Positions 8,231-18,937 of a DNA stretch of 64,000 nucleotides are shown piece after piece (positions within the stretch are counted from its first letter, which is position 1; the number at the start of each line of letters is the position of its first letter). Both the position numbers and the translations under genes were made by a program. Source of the stretch: a virus; IMG/VR virus record IMGVR_UViG_3300021963_000037, positions 1 to 64,000 of that record; one strand, given 5' to 3'. The notes under the pieces were generated by a model that had not been told where the DNA came from, ran no database searches, and saw only the letters and a list, made by a program, of their open reading frames with translations.

Positions 8231-9682
8231 ATGGCATACGCTGTACAAGACGATATTCTCGTTTATTTAGAACAGGTTGTTTTAGTCGGTCAAGGACTAT
8301 CTACAAATATAAAATTAACATTCTACAAAGATTTTGTAGGTTCTCACCTTGACATTAGAAAAACAGGATCTCTTAGAATTTCTTTATTTAATCCGGCTGG
8401 AAAAAGATTATTAACTTACAATTATCCAACTGGTTACGGCGAACCTATTACAGCATCGTATGCTGAAGAGACTAAAGGTGAAATTGAATTTACAATTTCT
8501 AAATTCTATTCTAGTAATTTAGATCTGGAACCTTTATATGCTGAGATTGTTTTTATTGACGAAAAGAATTATTTCCCAAATACAAAAAGATATGAATTTC
8601 AACAATTTCAAATTGCTGAAGTTGTTACGAGTAATGTTCCGCCACTCTCTGATGGAGTTACTGGAGATGCATTAGTATCTTTATTTAATATTAGTTCTAT
8701 CACGGGACAAAACCCAACTGAACACGGCAATATATCTTTTAACAATTCATTACCTGCTAATACAACTTCGGTTATTTTAAATAACATCAACACTAATCAT
8801 ATTAGGCTCTCTTCTCTAGAAAACTTTTTAACTAAAAGAATTCAAACAGCAGGAGAAACTGGAATTATTACATTGATTAATGCTGATTCACCAACACAGT
8901 ATGCTGTTTATAAAATTACAGGCTGGAGTAGAATAAATTTAGATGCTAATAGTTCAAACTCTGATTTTGCAGATGCTATTAAATTAGATTTACAATATGA
9001 GGCAACTACATCCAGTCCGGTTATTACTAATTTAGAATGGGTTATTGGTAAAAATGTATCTTATCAATTAGAATCTTATACTTCGGTTTCTGATATTAAA
9101 AATGATGTTACTTCGGTAAATACTAAAGTTGCTACAGTAAATGCATCGATAGATTCTATGGAAATTGCATTAGGTGGAAGCAGCACTGGTCTAGTAAATT
9201 CAGTAGATTCGATTGAAACAACAATTTCAACAGTACAAGGATCTGTTAGTGGCGTACAAAATAATCTATCGAGTATTGAAACTATATTAACTGGTCAAAT
9301 TACAGCAATTCTAGCAAGTATAACAGCACTGTCAAATGTTGTTGTTAATCCAGGTGATACCGCTCCTAATGTTATACCTTTCACCGAAAGAAATAAAACA
9401 CCTAATAATACCTCTGGTATTGGACAACCTACTGGGATTACAGTATCTAATAATTTAGCATCAACTTCCTATATGGAAGTAAACGTTAACGGTGTTATTA
9501 TCGATGTTGGAAATGGATTAAAAATGCAATGGCCATGTTATTTCTCTAGAGATGGTGGTATTGTTCCATTAATGTATTCTGAAATCCAGTCGGGTGATCA
9601 AATGTATTGGAATAGTAATATTGCAGGATTTGATTTAGAAACAACTGACACTATTGATTTAAATTATCAAATAGAACGTTAA
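8231..9682 (+). CDS. putative virion fibre/structural protein
   Basis: Ser/Thr/Asn-rich with a short coiled coil shared with the next gene; late motif upstream. Confidence 0.6.
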   Translation: MAYAVQDDILVYLEQVVLVGQGLSTNIKLTFYKDFVGSHLDIRKTGSLRISLFNPAGKRLLTYNYPTGYGEPITASYAEETKGEIEFTISKFYSSNLDLEPLYAEIVFIDEKNYFPNTKRYEFQQFQIAEVVTSNVPPLSDGVTGDALVSLFNISSITGQNPTEHGNISFNNSLPANTTSVILNNINTNHIRLSSLENFLTKRIQTAGETGIITLINADSPTQYAVYKITGWSRINLDANSSNSDFADAIKLDLQYEATTSSPVITNLEWVIGKNVSYQLESYTSVSDIKNDVTSVNTKVATVNASIDSMEIALGGSSTGLVNSVDSIETTISTVQGSVSGVQNNLSSIETILTGQITAILASITALSNVVVNPGDTAPNVIPFTERNKTPNNTSGIGQPTGITVSNNLASTSYMEVNVNGVIIDVGNGLKMQWPCYFSRDGGIVPLMYSEIQSGDQMYWNSNIAGFDLETTDTIDLNYQIER

Positions 9683-9775
9683 AATAATCAAAATAGTTCT
9701 AAAAGGGGAGTCCATCCCTAATATATAAAACAACCATGGAAATAACTCTTTGGGACCAAAAAATTATAAAAAGAC

Positions 9776-11641
9776 ATGTCGCAATTAAGGTCAAAACAAA
9801 TTTCTGATTTCTTAAAAACGGTTAACTGGGCAACCGTTACCAGTGATCAGATTCCAAATGCTTCCGATGTTAAAGCTAGATTTACAACAGCTGAAGCATC
9901 AGTCGATTCAATTGAAAACGCAGTTACTGCAGTAAACGCATCAATTGATTCGATGGAAACCGCTCTAGGCGGAAGTAGCACGGGCTTAGTAAACTCGGTA
10001 GATTCTATCGAAACTGTACTAAGTGCTATCGCTACAACAAACACAGCCCAAGATTCTTCTATTGATTCATTAGAAACTTTAGCAGGTACTTTAGCAACTA
10101 AAACTTCAGTTGATTCAAAACTGACTTCAGTTGATACAAGAGCCGCTGCTGTTGAATCAGTAAACGTAGTTCAATCTACTGCAATCGCAACTGGTGTTGC
10201 TGCAAACTCTGCAGCCGTATCATCTATTGATTCATTAGAAACTGCATTAAGTTCTGAAATTACAACTAGAGGAAATGCTGATACAGCAATCATTGCATCA
10301 GTTGATTCATTAGAGGCAATTGTATTATCAGTTGCAACTTCTTCAAACGTAACTTCTATCAACACTAGAATTTCTACTGTTGAATCTCTTGATGTTACTC
10401 AAAGTGCTTCTATCGATTCATTAGAAACTTTAGCTGCTACTTTAGCAACTAAAACTTCAATTGATGCAAGAGTTTCTACTTCTGAATCTGTTGATGTTGC
10501 ACAAAATGCTTCTATCGATTCATTAGAAACTTTAGCTGCTACTTTAGCAACTAAAACTTCAATTGATGGTAGAGTTGCTACTATTGAATCTATTAACGTA
10601 GATCAATTTACACAGTACACTAGTTACAACACAAGAGCTAATGCATCTATTGATTCTATTGAAACTGCATTAAGTTCTGAAATTACAACTAGAGGTTCAG
10701 TTGATACTGTATTAGCTGCTGCTGATGCTGCTTTACAAGCTTCAGTTGACTCTATTGAAGTTGTATTGGCTGCTGCTGGTACTTCCGCAAACATTACTTC
10801 ATTAACAACTAGAATTTCAACAGAAGAAGCTACTCGTGGAGCCGCTGATACTGCTGTTAATGCTTCAGTTGATTCATTAGAAGTTGCGTTAGCTGCAGAA
10901 ATTACTGCTACTAACAGTGATGTTACTTCTTTAACTACAAGAGTTTCTACAGAAGAGGCTACTAGAGCAACTGCTGATACTTCTTTAACCACAAGAGTTT
11001 CTACAGAAGAGTCTACTCGCGCTGCTGCTGTAACTGCTGTTAATGGTTCAGTTGATTCATTAGAAACTGCTTTATCTAGCGAAATTACTGCAAGAACTTC
11101 TGGTGATACTTCATTAGCTGCTTTAGTATCTACTGAAAAGGCTAGAATTGATGCTATCTTAAACGCTGCAACTGCATCAGCTGATACATTTGCTGAAATC
11201 GTAAGTATTATTAATGCGGTTGATACAACAAATGATAATGCTTTTGCATCATTCGTTTTAAGAGCTGATGGTTCTGTTGATTCATTAGAAACTGCTTTAG
11301 GTGCTGAACTTACAGCTAGAGGAAATGCTGATACTTCATTAGCTACAAGAGTTTCTACAGTTGAAGCTACAATCGCTTCAATTGATACTAACTATATCGC
11401 AGATGCTGATATTGTTACAGAAGCTTATGTAATGACTGGATTCGTAACAGTTAACGCTGGAGATCCAATCAACTTAACTCTTGCGTCTCAACCAATTTCA
11501 ACAGATGCATGTACATTGTTTATAAATGGTGTAGCTTTGGCTGAACCAATTTTAATAACAGGTACTTCAGTTCGTTGGGCTGGTATTGGTTACGCGGTTG
11601 ATGCAAGTGATATATTGGTTATTAGATACACAAAATCTTAA
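9776..11641 (+). CDS. long coiled-coil fibre protein with (I/V)DSLE repeats
   Basis: Ala/Ser/Thr-rich repeats SIDSLETAL and TRVSTEE; 102-nt internal duplication near 10405/10507. Confidence 0.7.
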   Translation: MSQLRSKQISDFLKTVNWATVTSDQIPNASDVKARFTTAEASVDSIENAVTAVNASIDSMETALGGSSTGLVNSVDSIETVLSAIATTNTAQDSSIDSLETLAGTLATKTSVDSKLTSVDTRAAAVESVNVVQSTAIATGVAANSAAVSSIDSLETALSSEITTRGNADTAIIASVDSLEAIVLSVATSSNVTSINTRISTVESLDVTQSASIDSLETLAATLATKTSIDARVSTSESVDVAQNASIDSLETLAATLATKTSIDGRVATIESINVDQFTQYTSYNTRANASIDSIETALSSEITTRGSVDTVLAAADAALQASVDSIEVVLAAAGTSANITSLTTRISTEEATRGAADTAVNASVDSLEVALAAEITATNSDVTSLTTRVSTEEATRATADTSLTTRVSTEESTRAAAVTAVNGSVDSLETALSSEITARTSGDTSLAALVSTEKARIDAILNAATASADTFAEIVSIINAVDTTNDNAFASFVLRADGSVDSLETALGAELTARGNADTSLATRVSTVEATIASIDTNYIADADIVTEAYVMTGFVTVNAGDPINLTLASQPISTDACTLFINGVALAEPILITGTSVRWAGIGYAVDASDILVIRYTKS

Positions 11642-11674
11642 TTAATTTCTTAACATATTAATTAATAATTTAAA

Positions 11675-11699
11675 GGGAGTCTTCGGACTCCCTTTTTTT
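11675..11699 (+). terminator. intrinsic terminator with C(UUCG)G loop
   Basis: GGGAGTC-TTCG-GACTCCC followed by a T run. Confidence 0.9.
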
Positions 11700-11735
11700 A
11701 TGTTGATAAATAGACTATAAAATAAAAGTCGAATT

Positions 11736-12911
11736 ATGGTTATTGGAATTACATTAGGATTGCAGTCTGAGAATGAGAGTGTTTGGGTAAATGGAATCAA
11801 GCAAAATGCAATATTTTTAGCAAAATGTTTAAAAGCAATCGGAAAACATCAGGTTCTTATATTAGATACAAGTGATAAAGTTAACGATTTAACAAAGGTT
11901 TCATGGGATCCAAATGAATTTCCAGTTAAAAAATATTGGGATGTTTGGAAAGATGTTGATATTCTTATAACACTTGGAACCAGTTTTCCAAAAGAAAATA
12001 TGGACCAATTTAGAGCAACTGGTAAAAATAAGAAAGTTATCAAATACATGTGCGGAAACAATTATGTAATTGATATGGAACGTTCTATTTTTGGAGATGG
12101 AAAAGGAATGGTCTCTACATGGGATCTTGGCGCCGATCAAGTATGGTATGTACCTCAACAAGGTTATCAAAATCATCATTACTATCAAACTATTTTCCGT
12201 TGTCCAGCAATTCCAGTTCCTTTTGTATGGGATCCAATGTTTTTAGAAATGGACAGAGATGTTAGAGTTAAATTAGGTAAAAACTTACCAGATTATTCTG
12301 TACGTCCATCAATAGAGAAAAAGATTTCAGTATTTGAACCTAATTTAAATACTGTAAAATATGCAATGATTCCAATCTTGATTGCTGAACAGTCATTTCG
12401 TGCTGGCGCAGAATTCGATTCAATTCAAATTGCAAGTGGAGAAAGACTTCTTAAGAATGACTACTTTAAGTCAATGATTAAACATTTAGATATTGTAAAT
12501 TCCAAACCACCTAAAATTAAGTTTACACCAAGGTACCCTGTTAATCACTACCTTGCTGAAGCTACAGATATTGTAATATCTCATCAATGGGAAAATCCAT
12601 TGAACTACGCTTACTTAGATTGCCTGCATTTCAATTTTCCATTGATACATAATGCAGATATGATACAAGATGCTGGTTATTATTATCCAGATTTTAATGT
12701 CGAGGTTGGTTCTAATTTATTAAATTGGGTGCTTAGACATCATGATGAAAATAAAGAAGAGTATGATGCTAAAAATCAAAAAATAATTAGCAGATACACA
12801 ATTAATAACGAACCAATAGTTAACACATACAACGCTCTAATTAAAAACTTATACAAAAAAGATATAAAATTAGACTACCAATATGATTGGTTAACTAATA
12901 CGTGTAAGTAA
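11736..12911 (+). CDS. DUF2827 family protein (glycosyltransferase-like)
   Basis: NGIKQNAIFL, FEPNLN, SHQWENPLNY, PLIHN, GYYYPDF motifs. Confidence 0.75.
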   Translation: MVIGITLGLQSENESVWVNGIKQNAIFLAKCLKAIGKHQVLILDTSDKVNDLTKVSWDPNEFPVKKYWDVWKDVDILITLGTSFPKENMDQFRATGKNKKVIKYMCGNNYVIDMERSIFGDGKGMVSTWDLGADQVWYVPQQGYQNHHYYQTIFRCPAIPVPFVWDPMFLEMDRDVRVKLGKNLPDYSVRPSIEKKISVFEPNLNTVKYAMIPILIAEQSFRAGAEFDSIQIASGERLLKNDYFKSMIKHLDIVNSKPPKIKFTPRYPVNHYLAEATDIVISHQWENPLNYAYLDCLHFNFPLIHNADMIQDAGYYYPDFNVEVGSNLLNWVLRHHDENKEEYDAKNQKIISRYTINNEPIVNTYNALIKNLYKKDIKLDYQYDWLTNTCK

Positions 12912-12970
12912 CAGTTTTCTTACTCTAATATATAGTATAGATATTCATAAACTAATTATACAAAAGAACC

Positions 12971-15946
12971 GTGTCAGTAATTAAAATTAAACAGGTACAA
13001 AGCCTAGAAACTACAATAACATCGTTAGACACTAGAATTAGTGCTATTCCTGCAGGTGCTCAAGGATCACAAGGTCGACAAGGTCCTCAAGGAATCATTG
13101 GTTCTACTGGAGCACAAGGAAACCAAGGACCTACTGGATTTCAAGGAAACCAAGGACCAACAGGTATTCAAGGAACTGTTGGAGCTCAAGGAAATCAAGG
13201 ACCAACAGGTATTCAAGGAACTTTTGGAACACAAGGTGCTCAAGGTCGTCAAGGACCGCAAGGAAACCAAGGACCTACTGGATTTCAAGGAAATCAAGGT
13301 CCAACTGGATTACAAGGAACTGTTGGAGCACAAGGAAATCAAGGACCAACTGGATTACAAGGAACTACAGGTTCTCAAGGAAATCAAGGTCCAACTGGAT
13401 TACAAGGAACTACAGGTTCTCAAGGAAATCAAGGACCAACTGGATTACAAGGAACTGCCGGAACTACAGGTGGACAAGGTACTCTAGGTAACTTTGGTGG
13501 AGACTCTGCGTTATGGAGAGTTAGTTTATTTAGTGCACCTTTAGCAGATCCTGGTATTGGTAGAATTAATTTTAATGGAGCATCTGCTTCAACATCCGCA
13601 GACCTATATATTAGTACTCAAGATATTTTATCAATAAATCAAGCAAACTGGCTAGCTGCAATGGGAGCTAGTACAAATATTCCAGAAGGATCTTTACGAA
13701 TTTCTAAAAATGGAAACAATTCTATTTTTGCAGATTATCAAATTACTTTAGTAACTAATTTAACAACATATTACGACATTAAGGTAACATTAGTTTCTTC
13801 TAATGGATCCTTTGTCGCTGGAGATGATACAGTTGTTTCATTTACTCGAGCTGGAGATAAAGGAGCACAAGGTTCTCAAGGTGCAACAGGTTCTCAAGGA
13901 ATTACAGGTGCTCAAGGAACTCAAGGTCCTACTGGATTCCAAGGAGTTATCGGTTCTACAGGTGCTCAAGGAAACCAAGGTCCAACAGGTATTCAAGGAA
14001 CAGTTGGACAACAAGGAAACCAAGGACCAACTGGTATTCAAGGAACAGTTGGAACAACTGGAACTCAAGGTCGTCAAGGACCACAAGGAAACCAAGGACC
14101 AACCGGTATAACAGGTGCTCAAGGAAACCAAGGTCCAACAGGTATTCAAGGAACAGTTGGACAACAAGGAAACCAAGGACCAACTGGTATTCAAGGAACT
14201 TTAGGTTCTCAAGGTTCAACTGGTGCTCAAGGAGCATTAGGAGCTCAAGGTTATCAAGGTACTACAGGACAAGGATTTATAATCTATCAAACATATAATA
14301 GTTTAGCATTACTTTTAGCTGATAACACTTGTCCAAACGGACAATTTGGTTTAGTTGGAGGTTCTCTACCGCAGTCAGATCCTGATTATGGTAAATTATA
14401 TTTAAGAACTGGAGGAGCATGGTCTTTTACAACTGACATGTCGATCCAAGGTATACAAGGTTCAACAGGAGCTCAAGGTTCAACAGGAGCTCAAGGAGCT
14501 ACAGGCCTTCAAGGAATTCAAGGACCAACTGGTCTTCAAGGAATTACTGGAGCACAAGGAAACCAAGGACCAACTGGTCTTCAAGGAATTACTGGAGCAC
14601 AAGGAAACCAAGGACCAACTGGTCTTCAAGGACTTCAAGGTATTATTGGTACACAAGGAGCTCTTGGTGCACAAGGTCGTCAAGGACCTACTGGTCCAAC
14701 TGGAGCACAAGGAAACCAAGGACCAACAGGTATTCAAGGAACCTTTGGAGCACAAGGAAACCAAGGACCAACAGGTCCCGGATCATCAGTCGCTGGACCT
14801 CAAGGTAATCAAGGTCCTGTTGGAACCGGTTCTCAAGGTGCAACAGGTGCTCAAGGTCGTCAAGGTCCATCTGGAATTGATGGAATAGCAGGAGCAAATG
14901 GTATTCAAGGAGCCGCTGGAACAAACGGAAGTAATGGTGCTGCAGGCCCACAAGGTGTTCAAGGACCAACAGGTCCTCAAGGAACTGCAGGTAGTAATGG
15001 AACAAATGGAACACCTTCATCTGTTGCCGGTCCTCAAGGTGCTCAAGGTCCTACAGGACCAGGTTCAACAGTAGCTGGACCTGCCGGTCCACAAGGACGT
15101 CAAGGACCTACTGGACCACCAGCAACAAATGGTACAAATGGAAATCAAGGAAATCAAGGACCTGCTGGTCCTCCAGGAGGCGGAGGATCTCCAGGACCTC
15201 AAGGTGCACAAGGTTATACTGGACCAGTATCAACAACTCCTGGCCCTCCAGGCCCTCCAGGTCCTGCAACATACGATGCAAGTAGTGTTAGTGGTGTAGG
15301 TATTAGTCGATTTGTATATGGTGACGGAGACAAGAAGAGTGCACAAATGAATGATTCAAATCAATATAATCAAGCATCTGGTTTCTTCTTCATGCCGCCA
15401 AGTACAAATGGAGCACACTCTGGAGATTGGCAAACTTGTATGCATGCGATGGGTAACTCATGGTCATCTAACTATGGATTCCAACTTCAACATGATTTTC
15501 ATAATGACTCATTTGGAGTACGAAGAGTAACCAATGGCGGATTTGGAGGTTGGAGAGAACTCTTAACTGTTACGAACTGGACATCTTATATTACTAATAA
15601 TGGTTATGCAAATGCAATGAACCAGTATGTTAATACAAACTCTAGTCCAACATTTACTGATGTTACTATTAGTTCTGACTCTAGATTAAAAGAAGATATT
15701 GAAACTATAGATAATGCATTACAAACAGTTGAATCTCTTAGAGGTGTTCAATTTAAACTTAAGAATGCTCTGACAGATAGATTAAGAACTGGTGTAATTG
15801 CACAAGAAATCGAACAAGTCCTACCTGATATTGTAGTTGACGGAGTAGATGGATATAAAAAGGTAAGCTATAATGATTTAATTGGAGTCTTAATTGAAGC
15901 TATTAAAGAATTATCAGAAAAAGTTAAAAACTTAGAAAATAAATAA
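12971..15946 (+). CDS. collagen-like tail fibre with C-terminal intramolecular chaperone (peptidase S74)
   Basis: Three Gly-X-Y tracts (GNQGPT); SDSRLKEDI...GVIAQE...[17 protein letters not shown]; GTG start. Confidence 0.88.
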   Translation: MSVIKIKQVQSLETTITSLDTRISAIPAGAQGSQGRQGPQGIIGSTGAQGNQGPTGFQGNQGPTGIQGTVGAQGNQGPTGIQGTFGTQGAQGRQGPQGNQGPTGFQGNQGPTGLQGTVGAQGNQGPTGLQGTTGSQGNQGPTGLQGTTGSQGNQGPTGLQGTAGTTGGQGTLGNFGGDSALWRVSLFSAPLADPGIGRINFNGASASTSADLYISTQDILSINQANWLAAMGASTNIPEGSLRISKNGNNSIFADYQITLVTNLTTYYDIKVTLVSSNGSFVAGDDTVVSFTRAGDKGAQGSQGATGSQGITGAQGTQGPTGFQGVIGSTGAQGNQGPTGIQGTVGQQGNQGPTGIQGTVGTTGTQGRQGPQGNQGPTGITGAQGNQGPTGIQGTVGQQGNQGPTGIQGTLGSQGSTGAQGALGAQGYQGTTGQGFIIYQTYNSLALLLADNTCPNGQFGLVGGSLPQSDPDYGKLYLRTGGAWSFTTDMSIQGIQGSTGAQGSTGAQGATGLQGIQGPTGLQGITGAQGNQGPTGLQGITGAQGNQGPTGLQGLQGIIGTQGALGAQGRQGPTGPTGAQGNQGPTGIQGTFGAQGNQGPTGPGSSVAGPQGNQGPVGTGSQGATGAQGRQGPSGIDGIAGANGIQGAAGTNGSNGAAGPQGVQGPTGPQGTAGSNGTNGTPSSVAGPQGAQGPTGPGSTVAGPAGPQGRQGPTGPPATNGTNGNQGNQGPAGPPGGGGSPGPQGAQGYTGPVSTTPGPPGPPGPATYDASSVSGVGISRFVYGDGDKKSAQMNDSNQYNQASGFFFMPPSTNGAHSGDWQTCMHAMGNSWSSNYGFQLQHDFHNDSFGVRRVTNGGFGGWRELLTVTNWTSYITNNGYANAMNQYVNTNSSPTFTDVTISSDSRLKEDIETIDNALQTVESLRGVQFKLKNALTDRLRTGVIAQEIEQVLPDIVVDGVDGYKKVSYNDLIGVLIEAIKELSEKVKNLENK

Positions 15947-15947
15947 T

Positions 15948-16718
15948 ATGCAAGCAAGAATCGACTATATCGTTCAATATAATGTTGCACCTTTGGATAA
16001 AGACAAACAATCAAAATGTTATGTTTATGACCCAAATTTAAATATTCTGTTTTCACATCAGAATTTTTACCTTTGGACTATGAACCCATTTGATATGCCT
16101 ATTATCGAAGACACTATAACTAGATTTTCAAGCAGTATTGCTGGTAAAAAAGTATTAGTAGTTGGACATGGAATTGGTATGATGAACTCTCTAATTAGAG
16201 ATTTAGAACCAGCAGAACATTGGATTATTGAAGCAAATAAAGATCAAAGAGACAGAATGGAAGTTGCTGGATTTGTCAATGAAGGAACAACGCATATTAT
16301 TGATGATCGTTGGGAAGATTCAACTCGAGCAGATGGATTTCCTGATGATTTTGACTTCATATATTATAATGTAGGATTTGATGCATATCCAGAAGATTAC
16401 AATGGTATCTTTGGATTTGCAAATCAAGTTGATAAATTCTTAAATGAAGATGGAATCTTTACATGGTGGGCATGTAACAATTCTCGTATGTATAAGACGA
16501 TTATTGTTAACGAATCTGAAGAGGTACCATGTAGCATAAAATTAATTCTAGAAGACAATGGATTTACAGTGCAAGACTCTATTATAGAATTAGAACCTCA
16601 AGTAGTTCCTGAAACTTATGATGTTGTACCATCTCATTTATTTCAAAAATCTAAATATTTAGATGGTTACAAGTATCAACAAAGATGGATTCAAAAAAAT
16701 ACTATTAACCAACCATGA
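15948..16718 (+). CDS. class I SAM-dependent methyltransferase (GAMT/Rmt2-like)
   Basis: VLVVGHGIG, HWIIEA, RWED, FDFIYY. Confidence 0.7.
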   Translation: MQARIDYIVQYNVAPLDKDKQSKCYVYDPNLNILFSHQNFYLWTMNPFDMPIIEDTITRFSSSIAGKKVLVVGHGIGMMNSLIRDLEPAEHWIIEANKDQRDRMEVAGFVNEGTTHIIDDRWEDSTRADGFPDDFDFIYYNVGFDAYPEDYNGIFGFANQVDKFLNEDGIFTWWACNNSRMYKTIIVNESEEVPCSIKLILEDNGFTVQDSIIELEPQVVPETYDVVPSHLFQKSKYLDGYKYQQRWIQKNTINQP

Positions 16719-17812
16719 GTAAAATAGCATATTATGACGGATACACACTTTCGCAATTAAGAGAATTAGTTGCGTGTGGACTTGGAGGTTATAACACCGC
16801 GTCAAACATAAGAAGTTTATTTGCTGGATATGCATCGACTGGAAATATGGCATTTGCAACATATAGTTGGATTGATAGCAGATGTTGGACACTAAATGTT
16901 TATGATGGATCAGGATACGTTGCTGTTACTTCACCATGGAATTCAGGTTACACAAGTAGTCATTATCCACCACAATCATATGCTGTCACGTCTAATAATA
17001 ATCCATGGGTTACAATTGATGCATATGGAGATACTGGTTACACCTTTAGTTATTGGATGAGAACTGATCCGTTCGAAGTGTGGTCTTATAATGCAAATAT
17101 ATCTTATTATGTACCGACTGCTGGATGGGAAGGCACATATCGAATTGGTGCCGCATTTGGTTACTCAGCACCACCATCAAATTGTAATTCGTATACATTG
17201 TACGCATATGAATATTATTCAGGCATTGATTGTATTGGTAATTACATGTATGATTATAATTACGCTCAAACTGATATGTGCCTTCAAAGACTTGATTATG
17301 GTGGTTATCAGAATGGAGGTATATGTGACCCTAACTGTTTGGTTAAAGGAACTACTGTTGAAATGGCAGATGGAACAACTAAGTTAATTGAAAAAATTAG
17401 AGTTGGTGATATTTTAAAAGGTATGAAAATCAGTGATGCACCTGATGATGATACTATTATTGGTTGGTCAACAACAGATTTAAATTTAACAGAAAATCCT
17501 GTTAGAGTAACTGGAATTGTTCCAGTTCTTTCTAAAGGAATCTATAACTTTAACAATGGTCTACTTGAATCTACTGGAGATCATGCTCATTTTATTAAAA
17601 GAGAAGATACTTGGCTATTTAAAAAAGCAAAAGAAGTTTTAGTAGGCGATTTCTTAGTTGATAAACAAGGAAATAGTATTGAGATAACTTCTATCACTAC
17701 AACAGAAGGAGATGAACGTAAAATTGTATATGATATGAACGTTGAAACTGAAGATACATTTATTGCAAATGGTTTGATTACACACAACAGACCTATAAAA
17801 GAAATTCAATAA
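16715..17812 (+). CDS. Tyr/Cys-rich protein with C-terminal Hint domain
   Basis: CLVKGTTVEMADG...IEKIRVGD...TGDH...VYDMNVE...ANGLITHN; Hint at 17336-17788. Confidence 0.85.
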   Translation: MSKIAYYDGYTLSQLRELVACGLGGYNTASNIRSLFAGYASTGNMAFATYSWIDSRCWTLNVYDGSGYVAVTSPWNSGYTSSHYPPQSYAVTSNNNPWVTIDAYGDTGYTFSYWMRTDPFEVWSYNANISYYVPTAGWEGTYRIGAAFGYSAPPSNCNSYTLYAYEYYSGIDCIGNYMYDYNYAQTDMCLQRLDYGGYQNGGICDPNCLVKGTTVEMADGTTKLIEKIRVGDILKGMKISDAPDDDTIIGWSTTDLNLTENPVRVTGIVPVLSKGIYNFNNGLLESTGDHAHFIKREDTWLFKKAKEVLVGDFLVDKQGNSIEITSITTTEGDERKIVYDMNVETEDTFIANGLITHNRPIKEIQ

Positions 17813-17817
17813 TATTT

Positions 17818-17842
17818 AAGCCGGATTCGTTCCGGCTTTTTT
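17818..17842 (+). terminator. intrinsic terminator
   Basis: AAGCCGGA-TTCGT-TCCGGCTT followed by a T run. Confidence 0.8.
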
Positions 17843-17873
17843 GTATATATAGAATGTAGTATAATATTATAAT

Positions 17874-18902
17874 ATGAAATTCTGTATAGCAACAATGTCT
17901 CACGATGCTCAACTTAGAGCAGAATATCTAGAAAGGACTATTGTCTCTTTTCTAGATGCTAATCCTGATTTTGATGGAGATTGGCACATATTCTTAAATT
18001 CATATAATGATGAATTATTAGAAGTGACTGAAAGATTATTCAATCAGTATTCTAATGTCACTTGGCACCTTGAACTTTCTGAAAAAAATTTAGGAGTTGG
18101 TGCTGGAATCAATCGCCTAAATAGAATGACGGAGCATGTAGAATATGTTCTTTTCTTAGAAGGTGATTGGACTTGTCTTCCCACAAAAATTAGCAAATTA
18201 GAAAATAACTGGATTGAAAGATTAATTGATTTATTTGATCAGAATCCAGAGTTAGATCAGATGGTTTTAAGAAGATACCAAAACGATATTGACGATCGAC
18301 AATTTGGATATTCATATTGGTTAAAAGAAGAGGTTCTCTTAGAAGAGAAATCATTTGATGATATTCAATATTGGTTACTTTCGAAAAAAGAATACACAAA
18401 CAACCCTGTTTTTCGACGTAACCAAAGATTCTATGATACTGGAATCTTTCCATTACCTGAATTCTTTGATGAGAATGGAGAAGCTGTTGAAGTTAAAGGA
18501 AACCCAAATTGGGGTCGAGCTGAGATCGAAAAAGAAGCCGAAGGATTTCAACTTAAATCATCGTTCATGAAATTTGGAGTCTTTGTTCATGATGAGCATT
18601 GGCCTTTTAAATTAGATTGGGATTCATATTACAAAACTCAAAAGCCTTGCGGATTTGCTGGACCTGAATATGATTGTAAATATGGTTATATCAGATCTGA
18701 GCAATATTTTTGCGGATGTTGTCCTAAGAATTGGAAATTTACGGATCTAGAAAAGCATAACCATTTCTATGAGCAGGTTGTTGTAGAACTTGTTGATAAA
18801 GGAGCTTCAAAAGATGAGATTATCAAAGGTATGAAATCTATCGGCGGAGAGCTCATGGTAAATCCAGATACATATATAAACTTCGATAAAAAGAGAAGTT
18901 AA
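17874..18902 (+). CDS. GT-A fold glycosyltransferase-like protein
   Basis: NLGVGAGINR and YVLFLEGDW motifs; Cys-containing C-terminus. Confidence 0.65.
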   Translation: MKFCIATMSHDAQLRAEYLERTIVSFLDANPDFDGDWHIFLNSYNDELLEVTERLFNQYSNVTWHLELSEKNLGVGAGINRLNRMTEHVEYVLFLEGDWTCLPTKISKLENNWIERLIDLFDQNPELDQMVLRRYQNDIDDRQFGYSYWLKEEVLLEEKSFDDIQYWLLSKKEYTNNPVFRRNQRFYDTGIFPLPEFFDENGEAVEVKGNPNWGRAEIEKEAEGFQLKSSFMKFGVFVHDEHWPFKLDWDSYYKTQKPCGFAGPEYDCKYGYIRSEQYFCGCCPKNWKFTDLEKHNHFYEQVVVELVDKGASKDEIIKGMKSIGGELMVNPDTYINFDKKRS

Positions 18903-18926
18903 ACAAGTTAGATATTTACACTATAA
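18900..18926 (+). promoter_or_regulatory. class B promoter
   Basis: TAAAC-17 nt-TATAA. Confidence 0.6.
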
Positions 18927-18937
18927 TACTAAAAAAT

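Noticed and set aside
13041-15020. Many alternate-frame and antisense ORFs with repetitive sequence
   Set aside because: Shadows of the Gly-X-Y codon periodicity in the collagen gene
9776-15946. Diversity-generating retroelement acting on the fibres
   Set aside because: No reverse transcriptase here; the 9137/9932 repeat differences are synonymous and not adenine-specific
17336-17788. Mobile intein
   Set aside because: No endonuclease, no +1 nucleophile and almost no C-extein
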